Virus record (IMG/VR): IMGVR_UViG_3300043811_000078
Source of the DNA: an uncultured virus (IMG/VR IMGVR_UViG_3300043811_000078)
Lineage: Duplodnaviria; Heunggongvirae; Uroviricota; Caudoviricetes
DNA length: 64,000 nucleotides
Reading direction: 5' to 3' (one strand)
Of the stretch, positions 19,436 to 28,025 are shown piece after piece. The position numbers were made by a program, and so were the translations under genes. A model generated the notes under the pieces. The model saw nothing but the letters and a program-made list of their open reading frames with translations, was not told the origin of the DNA and made no database searches. Every line of letters begins with the position of its first letter. The first letter of the stretch is position 1.

Positions 19436-19711
19436 ATGGTCAGCGTGCTGGCGATCATCCTCGTGAGCGGAATACAGGTCGCGCTCGGCGTCATCGTCGG
19501 CTGGGTCCTGGGGCAACGGACCCGGCAGCTTCCCGCGCTGGAGCAGCCCCGGCCTGTATGCGGCTGCACCCACCATTACTCGATGCACGACCCGAAGACG
19601 GGCGAGTGTCAGGTAGCGGTTGGGGATGGCGAGTGCGCTTGCGTCCGCTATACGGGTCCGGTCCCGCTGACCGAGTACTACGCCCCTGATATCACCGGGA
19701 GCGGGCAGTGA
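19436..19711 (+). CDS. Small membrane-anchored Cys/His protein
   Basis: TM helix then CGCTHHYSMHD...CAC..Y. Confidence 0.6.
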   Translation: MVSVLAIILVSGIQVALGVIVGWVLGQRTRQLPALEQPRPVCGCTHHYSMHDPKTGECQVAVGDGECACVRYTGPVPLTEYYAPDITGSGQ

Positions 19712-20156
19712 ACGGGCTGCTCGTCGGCGGCGCCGCCTTTTGCATTGCCGGCGGCCTGGGTGCGCTGGCGGTGAATATCGTCGCGTGGGTGCGCGGCCTC
19801 AGCGACCTTGAGTACTGGTCCTCGGGCATCCTGGCCGTGACGAGCTGGATCCTGGTCCCCGCCTGCCTGCTGTCGGGGGACTGGGTTGCCGCTGCCGAGA
19901 ACGCCGTGCTGTCGGTGATATGGCCGCTGGACTGGTGGCGACAGCGGAGGTCCCGCTCATGATGGCCGTCGCCGCCCTGGGCTGCTGCATCATCCATGCG
20001 GCACTCAACGGTCATGACCCCGTGCTGGCGGGGGCCTTCGCCGTGCTGGCCTACCTGGCGGGCGCCGTCCTGACCCTGGCCTCCGTGGCCGGCGGCAACT
20101 GGCCCGGCGTCCTCCTCGGTGCCATGTTCTGCGGCTACTGGACGCTGGCCTGGTGA
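19708..20156 (+). CDS. Two small hydrophobic membrane proteins (19708..19962 and 19959..20156)
   Basis: Overlapping start/stop codons; hydrophobic sequences. Confidence 0.5.
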
Positions 20157-20556
20157 TCCGCGAATGATGCGTCCCGGCTGACGTAACAGCCGGCGAGAGA
20201 ACACCTGATGAGGACAGGAGAGAAGAACGTGGACATCGTAGACCGCAGGACGATGGAAGGACGGAAGGTGGACGGCAGCGAGGCAATAGCCAGGGTCAAG
20301 GCGCTCAGCGAGACCGACAGGGCCTACTTGCTGTACTGGCTGGCCAGCAAGCACCCGGCGACGGTGGACTCGGGCATATCCAGTCTGGAGTTGCACGACA
20401 TGATCGCCAAGGAGGCGGCCGGGGAGTGAACCCGGCCGCGTTGCCTGCGGCCGGGAGCACGCGATCCAGGGCATCACGCACGATGCCCGTTTTAACCCCG
20501 CATCACAGTACACGTCCCGTCACGGAGACGAGGACACAGGAGAGAGGGTAACGGAA

Positions 20557-20766
20557 ATGAGCACAGCCATAGCCGATTACGAGGCACTGCTGACCCCCGC
20601 CGAGGTCGCGACGATGTTCCGCGTCGACCCGAAGACCGTGACACGGTGGGCGAAGGCAGGCAAGCTCACATCAATCCGAACGCTGGGCGGGCACCGGCGC
20701 TACCGTGAGACCGAGGTCCGGGCGCTGCTAGCCGGGATCCCCGTGCGCCTGGCGCAAGCGTCCTGA
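20557..20766 (+). CDS. bldC: BldC-family MerR-like regulator
   Basis: LLTPAEVATMFRVDPKTVTRWAKAGKLTSIRTLGGHRRYRETEVRALL, the BldC signature. Confidence 0.92.
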   Translation: MSTAIADYEALLTPAEVATMFRVDPKTVTRWAKAGKLTSIRTLGGHRRYRETEVRALLAGIPVRLAQAS

Positions 20767-21082
20767 CTGCCCGGTGCTGTCGTAAGCGGCACCGCAAGAC
20801 GTGACCGTGCGGGACCGCGGACCCCCCCTCCGCGCTCCCGCACGGCACGCGAAGCCCCGCCCCCTGTCACCGGCCCCCAGCTGACCTGCCCGGCCAGTTG
20901 CCGGCAGGCCGCGAAGCGGGACAACGGAGACGGGGGGCGGGGCGACCGGAAAACAATGCAACGGGGAACTGGACGTTAAATAACTCAAGGCAAACCCGGT
21001 ATTAGCAGCCGGGTTTACTTTGCATACCCGGAAATGCATAACACCAGCTCACAGTACGATTCCGGTTAATTGCCGGATGCGT

Positions 21083-21139
21083 TTGACATGGCTGTACGCG
21101 ACCGGTAGCTTTCCGTTCCGCGAGAGAAAAGAAAGGAGG
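21083..21139 (+). promoter_or_regulatory. Housekeeping-type promoter and RBS of the CRISPR effector
   Basis: TTGACA (21083)-N17-TAGCTT (21106); AAAGGAGG at 21132. Confidence 0.8.
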
Positions 21140-21148
21140 CGACCATCA

Positions 21149-23785
21149 GTGCCCACGGAAATCAGGATGATCCAGCAGGCGTATAAATTCGCACTGGACC
21201 CGACACCCGCGCAGGCCCGGATGTTCGCCTCTTTCGCGGGCGCGAAGCGCGCATCGTTCAACTTCGCCCACGCCATGATCATGGCGGGGGCCGACGCCTG
21301 CAAAGCCAGGAAGGACGAGCTCGTTCTCCGGTACCTGTCCGAGGGGCTGAGCGAATCCGAGGCGGCACGCAAAGCCAAAGCCGAGGCCGAGGCCGCGATC
21401 CCGGTTCCCCGGCAGATGAAAATCCCGGACCCCGCAGACCCCAGGAAGATCAGGGTTCTCCACAGAGGGGTCGGCGTCGAATGGACCGAGTTCACGCGCA
21501 CCGCCGTGGGCTGCACGACCTGCCGGCGCCTCCTCGCCCGCGACCCCGGATCAAGCGCCCCGTGGGCCGACGCCCGCACCGGCAGCGTTACCTGCGACCC
21601 TGACGTGCTGAAACGCCTCGGCATCGAGGGGGAACCTGGACCGCACGACCCCACCGGCGTCGGCTGCAAACGCTGCTGGAACCCCCTGCACCAGGCCCCG
21701 GACGGCACCTGGGCAGACAAGAACGGCTCGGGCGCCTGCCCCGAGGCCCGCGAGGCCGGCGCACCCCACGAGCCGCGCAGCGACTTCATGGCCTGGACGA
21801 AGGACGTGTTCTCCGGCACGATACAGGCCGCCCACCGCGACGCCGACGTTGCATGGCAGCGGTTCCTGCACGGGAAATCCCGCCGCCCCCGGTTCAAGAA
21901 GAAAGGCAAGTGCACCGAGTCGTTCCAGGTGCACGGCGACGACCTGGGCATCCCGGAGACGACGGAGGCGGAAAGGATAAGGATCCCGGAGGCGGTGGCC
22001 GCCCTCAGGCCGCACGGGAAACGCCCGGTGCAGCAGCAGACCGCGCAGCACATCACGCTCCCGAAAATCGGCCCGGTCCGGGTCATGTCCGACGACAGCC
22101 TGCACCCGGCGATGCGGCGCAGCCGCCGCAGGGGCTCCGGCGTGACGCCCGCGCGCCGGCCGGGACGCAAGCTCAAAGCGGCCCGGGCGCGCCTCGAAGC
22201 GGCCGGGCGCGCTTACGAGCATGCAGCCGAGACCATGCCGGAGATCCCCGCGTCCACCCTGCATGAGGTCAGCGCCGCCCGGGATGCTGCCGCCAGGGCA
22301 GAACAGGCCGTCGCGTACGCCAGGCAGCGCGACGCCGGGCACGGCCGCCACATGGGAAACCGCCGGCGCTTCCGTCAGCTGCACCGGCACATGCGCAAGA
22401 GCAGCGAGAAAGCCGCCCGGCTCGGCCCGCTGCTGCGGCAGGTCCGCGAAGACGCCGGCTGGACCCTCGATCAGGCCGTGGCCCTCCTCGGTGCCGAGGC
22501 TGACGCCCGTGCGGTCGCCGCCGTGCGGGTACGTCTCGCCGCCGCCGAGGATGCCGTAGCCATCGCGGCTGCTGCTGCCGCTGAAGCCGTGGCCGCAGGA
22601 GACGCCGAGGGCGCTGCGGCGGCGGAGAAAGACCAGAGGAACGCGCGGAACCGCGTCAAGGGCGCACTGAAGAGGCTGGGGGACCTGGCTGCCGCGAAGC
22701 CGGGGGAGAAAGCGTCCCGCACCGACCGGTGGAGTGCCGCCAAGCTGAAGAAGCTGGAAGCTACCGGGGTCACGCTGGGCCTGGACCAAGCCAGCGTCAT
22801 CTGCTCCGCCTACCAGCTTGCCGGCCCTCTCCGCGAGCAGGTGACGGACCTCGCCGCGCAGGCCAGGATCGTCCGCGCCACCATCACCCTCGGCGCCGAC
22901 GGCCTGTGGTGGTGCTCAGCCGGCGCCGAGGTCCCGTATGCCGTGCGCACCGCGCCGTCGAAGCGCCAGGAAGCGCGGGGAACTGCCGGGATCGACTTCG
23001 GCACCGCGCGGATCATGACGGTGACCGGCCGGCGCCCTGCCGGTGCCCCCGGCTACTACGAGAAGGAACTGGCAGCGCTCAGTGCCGCCCAGCGGCACGC
23101 CGCCCGCGCTGTCCCCGGCTCGGGGCGGCACCGCAAGGCGACGGCGAAAGCCGGGCTCATCCACGCCGACGTGGCCAGGCTCCGTGCCGACACCCTGCAC
23201 CGGGCCACGACGAGCCTGAGCCGGAACTTCTCCGCGCTCAGCTTCGAGGGCTTCAACGTGCAGCAGCTGATGCGGGACGGCTCCCGGGGGCTGCCCCGCC
23301 AGGCGCGCGGGCGCCGGAACCGGTCGCTCGCGGACACGGGCATCGGCATGGCCCGTGACATGCTCCGGAACAAGGGTCCGAGGTGGGGTGCGACAGTGGT
23401 CGCGCTCGGCCCGGACGTCATCACGATCACAGGACCCCGGCCGGAGGACGCGAGAGAAGCGGACCTCCCGCCGGGTGCGAAGCCGAACGGCACATGCGCC
23501 GGGTGCGGGCAGGCGAGAACCAAGCCAGCCCGCCCTCATGAGGCGCTGTACCGGTGTGACGCGTGCGGTCGCGTCAGGCTGCGCACCCTCAACAGCGCTG
23601 AGAACATCCGCCGGTGGGCGGATGAGGCGCTTACCGCAGATCCCGGCTGCGCAACCAGCGGGCCGGATCAGTCTCGTGGAGGAGATGAACCCGCGACAGT
23701 AGGTGCGGGACGATCTCCGGTGAAGCGAGCAGCCATAACCTCATCGCGGCCGCGCCGCGGTGAGGCTGGCACCCCTGGCGGGTAA
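21149..23785 (+). CDS. 878-aa TnpB-derived, CRISPR-adjacent type V-like effector; RuvC probably inactive
   Basis: OrfB N-terminus AYKFALDPTPAQ; PRFKKK; ITLPKIG; RuvC-I GIDFG (D616); RuvC-II SFEG (E700); CAGC..CDAC Zn finger; RuvC-III LRTLNSAENI. Confidence 0.9.
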   Translation: MPTEIRMIQQAYKFALDPTPAQARMFASFAGAKRASFNFAHAMIMAGADACKARKDELVLRYLSEGLSESEAARKAKAEAEAAIPVPRQMKIPDPADPRKIRVLHRGVGVEWTEFTRTAVGCTTCRRLLARDPGSSAPWADARTGSVTCDPDVLKRLGIEGEPGPHDPTGVGCKRCWNPLHQAPDGTWADKNGSGACPEAREAGAPHEPRSDFMAWTKDVFSGTIQAAHRDADVAWQRFLHGKSRRPRFKKKGKCTESFQVHGDDLGIPETTEAERIRIPEAVAALRPHGKRPVQQQTAQHITLPKIGPVRVMSDDSLHPAMRRSRRRGSGVTPARRPGRKLKAARARLEAAGRAYEHAAETMPEIPASTLHEVSAARDAAARAEQAVAYARQRDAGHGRHMGNRRRFRQLHRHMRKSSEKAARLGPLLRQVREDAGWTLDQAVALLGAEADARAVAAVRVRLAAAEDAVAIAAAAAAEAVAAGDAEGAAAAEKDQRNARNRVKGALKRLGDLAAAKPGEKASRTDRWSAAKLKKLEATGVTLGLDQASVICSAYQLAGPLREQVTDLAAQARIVRATITLGADGLWWCSAGAEVPYAVRTAPSKRQEARGTAGIDFGTARIMTVTGRRPAGAPGYYEKELAALSAAQRHAARAVPGSGRHRKATAKAGLIHADVARLRADTLHRATTSLSRNFSALSFEGFNVQQLMRDGSRGLPRQARGRRNRSLADTGIGMARDMLRNKGPRWGATVVALGPDVITITGPRPEDAREADLPPGAKPNGTCAGCGQARTKPARPHEALYRCDACGRVRLRTLNSAENIRRWADEALTADPGCATSGPDQSRGGDEPATVGAGRSPVKRAAITSSRPRRGEAGTPGG

Positions 23786-23820
23786 CTGCCAGGCGTCCCA
23801 TGCACTGCCCATGGCGGGCA
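23673..23820 (+). ncRNA. Omega-RNA/tracr-like structured RNA overlapping the effector 3' end
   Basis: CTCG-TGGA-GGAGAT..ATCTCC-GGTGAAG-CGAG nested stems, a 12-bp hairpin, and CCTGGCGG-GTAA-CTGCCAGG. Confidence 0.6.
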
Positions 23821-23871
23821 CGCCTAACTCAATAGCGGATATTGCGCGCACAAACTTGCTGGCCGCGAAGA

Positions 23872-25604
23872 GTGCGGCCCACGGGCGCTGGGGCGACGGG
23901 TCACCGGCCTGATCTCGCGGAAGGCCCGTGAGGTGCGGCCCACGGGCGCTGGGGCGACGGGACCACGCCGAGTTCGTGCCCGCTACCCGGGATGTGCGGC
24001 CCACGGGCGCTGGGGCGACGGGCTCTCCGCGGACAACCAGGTGATCTACACAACGTGCGGCCCACGGGCGCTGGGGCGACGGTTGGCAGAAAATCTCCGA
24101 TGATTACCGTCTCTGGTGCGGCCCACGGGCGCTGGGGCGACGGTTGGCCTGTCCGGCTCTTGGATGCCGGTCGCTTGTGCGGCCCACGGGCGCTGGGGCG
24201 ACGGGGACACCGGTCCCCGCCGCGCCGGTGCGCATCAGTGCGGCCCACGGGCGCTGGGGCGACGGATTGACCTCACATGGACAACGTGGACGGACAAAGT
24301 GCGGCCCACGGGCGCTGGGGCGACGGGACTCCGCCGAGCCGCCGGGCCGAGCTGGAGATGTGCGGCCCACGGGCGCTGGGGCGACGGCTGGAATTGCCTA
24401 GAGATATGCCAAGTCTCTACGTGCGGCCCACGGGCGCTGGGGCGACGGTCCACTACCGGTCAATCTCCCGAGTCCGGGAATAGTGCGGCCCACGGGCGCT
24501 GGGGCGACGGTTTACCACGACATGCTGACGAGCGGTGGCCGGAGTGCGGCCCACGGGCGCTGGGGCGACGGTCCCTTTGCCCGCTGTGCACGGGCCGTGG
24601 GCAGGTGCGGCCCACGGGCGCTGGGGCGACGGGTAGTCCCTGTTACTTGGGCGTAATATCCGGACGTGCGGCCCACGGGCGCTGGGGCGACGGGCATGAT
24701 CAGTAAGCAGTCCCCTCGCGATCGAGTGTGCGGCCCACGGGCGCTGGGGCGACGGCTTGACCCGAAGTTCTGGTTGCTTGACCTCAGTGTGCGGCCCACG
24801 GGCGCTGGGGCGACGGTTGCTGAGCTGAGCGTTCGGCGCCCTCGAAAGGGTGCGGCCCACGGGCGCTGGGGCGACGGGACACCGCTCATATCCTGCGCCA
24901 TCGAGATGGCGTGCGGCCCACGGGCGCTGGGGCGACGGGAATGAACATTGCTACTCTTTGCTCAGAATGTGGTGCGGCCCACGGGCGCTGGGGCGACGGT
25001 ATGTCGGCCCGTCGGTTGGCTAGGGACGGGAGGTGCGGCCCACGGGCGCTGGGGCGACGGTGAACCTGACTCAGATGGTGATGGAGGCCGAAGGTGCGGC
25101 CCACGGGCGCTGGGGCGACGGGCCAAGGCGCAGCCCCCACCATGAGCGGTTGGTGTGCGGCCCACGGGCGCTGGGGCGACGGACCGGCGTGCCGCGTTCG
25201 CGATCGAGGCTTCGTGTGCGGCCCACGGGCGCTGGGGCGACGGTCTGAGAACTCGGGACTGGCAACAGCGTGCTGTGTGCGGCCCACGGGCGCTGGGGCG
25301 ACGGGAGGTCGGCCCGCTACATCGTCCGTGACGCCAGGTGCGGCCCACGGGCGCTGGGGCGACGGGCCACCGGGCACCGGGGTGAAACGCACGCCGGAGT
25401 GCGGCCCACAGGCGCTGGGGCGACGGGATGACGCTGCCGGGCACGGCCAGCAGCGCGATGTGCGGCCCACGGGCGCTGGGGCGACGGTTTGATATTTTGC
25501 TGGGTGTTAGTGCCTTCGTCGTGCCGGCCTGCGGGCGCGGGGACGGCGGTACAAGGTGGGTAATCGAGGCAAGGAGCCACGCGTGCGGCCCGCAGGGGCG
25601 ACGG
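23872..25604 (+). CRISPR. Type I-E-like CRISPR array: 27 intact repeats (one with a SNP) plus 2 degenerate distal repeats; 28 spacers
   Basis: GTGCGGCCCACGGGCGCTGGGGCGACGG at 61-nt period; spacers 33 nt (two of 34 nt); degenerate copies at 25521 and 25583, possible remnant at 25641. Confidence 0.99.
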
Positions 25605-25758
25605 TCTGGTCAGCAAGGGGCGCCTGTCCGGCATTAGCAGGCGCGGCCCGCAGATCCGGGTCTGGCCGACCCGGAATCTGGCGCGCGGGATGACGGCCGA
25701 GTTGCAGGAGGGTCCAGGGGGCGGCGGGTTCCTTGACTGGCAGAGGGGAGCGCGACAA

Positions 25759-26694
25759 ATGAAAGGCGCATTACCGGCCAAAGCGACGGAACTCAGCCGC
25801 ATCAGCGACCGGCTCAGCTTCCTGCACGTTGAGCATGCAAGGATCGACCGCGACCTGAACGCAGTCACCATCTGGCAAGCCGAAGGGGTCGCGAGCATCC
25901 CCGCTGCTGTGCTCGCGGCGCTTCTCCTCGGCCCCGGCGTGACGATCACCCACGCCGCCATCTCGCTCCTGGCCGGCAGCGGGTGCACCGTCGCGTGGGT
26001 GGGCGAGGAAGGCGTCCGCCTCTACGCCGGCACCACGGCAGCAGCGGCATCGTCGGTGCTGCTGCAACGGCAGGCCGCGCTCGTCACCGGGCAGAAAACC
26101 CGCATCGCCGTCGCCCGGCAGATGTACGCGATGCGGTTCCCCGGCGAGGATGTCTCCCGGCTGAGCATGCAGCAACTGCGCGGCCGGGAAGGCGCCCGGG
26201 TCCGCGCCTGCTACCGGCTGCACGCAGAGAAAACCGGCACCGCATGGCGCGGCCGGAGATACGACCCGAAGGACTGGAGCGCGGGTGACCCGGTGAACAG
26301 GTGCCTGTCGGCCGCGAACTCCGCCCTCTACGGCATCACCCACGCCGCGATCCTGCACCTCGGGTGCAGTCCAGGGCTCGGATTCGTCCACACCGGGCAC
26401 CAGCTGTCCTTCGTGTACGACATCGCGGACCTGTACAAGGCGGAGGTCACGATCCCGGCGGCGTTCGGGATCGCCGCGGAAGGCGGCCGGGATCTCGGGG
26501 CTAAGACCAGGCGCGCGGTGCGGGACGCGATCGTCTCAGCGCGGCTGCTGCCCCGCATCGCCGATGACATCCGGGGACTGCTCGGCGCCCCCGGAGATGA
26601 CGGCGAGACAGTCGCGGGGATCGCGGTGCCGGACCTGATCGACGACCACGGCACTGTGCCGGGCGGCGTCAGCTACGGGGAGGACGGGCCGTGA
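25759..26694 (+). CDS. cas1: Type I-E Cas1
   Basis: DRLSFLHVEH, LLLGPGVTITH, WVGEEGVRLYA, QLRGREGARVR, SPGLGFVHTG, FVYDIADLYK. Confidence 0.97.
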   Translation: MKGALPAKATELSRISDRLSFLHVEHARIDRDLNAVTIWQAEGVASIPAAVLAALLLGPGVTITHAAISLLAGSGCTVAWVGEEGVRLYAGTTAAAASSVLLQRQAALVTGQKTRIAVARQMYAMRFPGEDVSRLSMQQLRGREGARVRACYRLHAEKTGTAWRGRRYDPKDWSAGDPVNRCLSAANSALYGITHAAILHLGCSPGLGFVHTGHQLSFVYDIADLYKAEVTIPAAFGIAAEGGRDLGAKTRRAVRDAIVSARLLPRIADDIRGLLGAPGDDGETVAGIAVPDLIDDHGTVPGGVSYGEDGP

Positions 26695-26984
26695 TCGTCC
26701 TTGTCCTCACTTCGGTGCCGCCGGGGCTGCGCGGCGACCTGTCCCGGTGGCTCCTGGAGATCGCCCCGGGCGTGTTCACCGGGAAAGTATCGCGGCGTGT
26801 CCGGGAGCACCTGTGGCGCCGGGTCCGGTTCGGCGTCCTGCAAGGAGGGTCGGCGGTCATGGTGGTCACTGACCGGGGCAGGGAGCAAGGCTGCGAGATC
26901 CTGACGGCCGGGGCGGGACGGTGGACGGCGGCGGACTTCGAGGGGCTGACGCTGATGGTCAGGCCGCGTCCGGGAACACGGTGA
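26691..26984 (+). CDS. cas2: Type I-E Cas2
   Basis: VPPGLRGDLSRWLLEIAPGVFTGKVSRRVREHLW...DFEGLTLM. Confidence 0.96.
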   Translation: MIVLVLTSVPPGLRGDLSRWLLEIAPGVFTGKVSRRVREHLWRRVRFGVLQGGSAVMVVTDRGREQGCEILTAGAGRWTAADFEGLTLMVRPRPGTR

Positions 26985-27036
26985 GCCCCCCGCGCGGGGG
27001 CGTCCGGAAGACAGCAACGAAAGGAGGAAGGGACCC

Positions 27037-27605
27037 ATGGCACGCATCCCGGACATCATCGCCGGCGCGCTCGCTGCGGAGATCAAGAGCCGCACCGGGT
27101 GGGACGAGGCCCCCGGGCTGTACTTCCTGTACCTGCGGGGGGGGAGCCCCGGATCCGGGAAATCCCGGTACCTCCCGCGTTCTGGGCGCAGGACCGGCCC
27201 CCTCTGGTCCTGGCGTACATGGCCGCCAGTCTCGGCGACTTCGGCCCGCTGCTCCAGGCGCATGCGCCGGAAGGGCTGCACGGCGCGGCGTTCCGCTGCG
27301 AGTCATGGATGGTTGCCGAGGGTGCGCCGGGAACGCCGGAGACCGACGGCATCAGGGCGGACGCCAGGGCGCACCGGCTGCACATGCGCCCCGACCGGAT
27401 CGAAGCGCGGACCATGCTCGCAGTGGACCGCGCCGGGATCACCTACAGCGCGGCGCAGGTGCGCGGCCAGGACGACGTGCGGACATCGGTCACGTACCCG
27501 GGGCCGGGGAAACCCGGCGTCTCCGGTACTGTCCCGTCTGCGCTCGATGCGATCGTGACCGCGCTGCTCGGCGTCGGGATTCCGGCACGGCCTGATCCGG
27601 GCTGA
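27037..27605 (+). pseudogene. Hypothetical gene frameshifted at a G8 tract
   Basis: RBS AAGGAGG; adding one G at 27137-27144 joins MARIPDII...LRGG to EPRIREIP...PDPG. Confidence 0.7.
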
Positions 27606-27659
27606 TCCGGTAAGGCAACCTGCACGCGGCCCGGCGCGTCTGATGAGCGCCCCGGTGCC

Positions 27660-27745
27660 GGCCCCGTACGGCACACCCCCCCTCGTGCCGTACGGGGCCA
27701 CGAGGAATGGAGTGAGCCCCCGGCATTACCCGATGCCGGGGGCTC
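27660..27745. terminator. Two strong hairpins between convergent units
   Basis: GGCCCCGTACGGCAC/GTGCCGTACGGGGCC and GAGCCCCCGGCAT/ATGCCGGGGGCTC. Confidence 0.7.
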
Positions 27746-27803
27746 TTGTATCCGCCCATCTGCGCACGCCAGCGGCGTTTAAGACCGCAGGTCATCTCTC
27801 AGG

Positions 27804-27875
27804 CCCGGTGCTCTGCCTATTGAGCTACAGCGCCACGTGGAGGCGCCGGAAGGGCTCGAACCCTCAACCTCCGGA
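27804..27875 (-). ncRNA. Circularly permuted tRNA-like (YrlA-like) module 2
   Basis: TCCGG, T arm GAGGG-TTCGAGC-CCTTC, looped acceptor CGGCGCC/GGCGCTG, D arm TAGCTCAATAGGCAGAGC, CCGGG. Confidence 0.75.
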
Positions 27876-27952
27876 AGCGTTGCCTGCGGTCGGTCGATCT
27901 GGCGTTAAGCGGCAATGCTGAGCCTGGAGCGAGAATCTGAGCCTGGCGGTTG

Positions 27953-28025
27953 CCGGATGCCTCTACCGGGTGGGCTACCGGCCATCGAGTTGGCCGGGGA
28001 GGAGTCGAACCTCCGCTTGGTCCGG
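27953..28025 (-). ncRNA. Circularly permuted tRNA-like (YrlA-like) module 1
   Basis: CCGGA, T arm GGAGG-TTCGACT-CCTCC, looped acceptor CCGGCCA/TGGCCGG, D-like arm with GGTA, TCCGG. Confidence 0.75.

Noticed and set aside
20907..20949. Leader-like GGCCGCGAAG and repeat-like GGGGCGAC upstream of the effector, as an anti-repeat or orphan repeat
   Set aside because: Only 8-10 nt GC-rich matches with different spacing; compatible with chance
21020..21148. Longer 921-aa effector start
   Set aside because: The promoter and strong RBS lie inside this stretch and support GTG at 21149
21149..23785. Ordinary IS200/IS605 or IS607 element
   Set aside because: No TnpA nearby; the protein is about twice normal TnpB size, has an altered RuvC-III and abuts the array
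23741..25637. Many ORFs with repeated peptides (PSPQRPWAA, CGPRALGRR)
   Set aside because: Translations of the CRISPR repeats
27838..27984. Single tRNA with a long anticodon-loop intron
   Set aside because: Acceptor pairing is only partial in that reading, while the permuted reading gives full 7-bp stems twice
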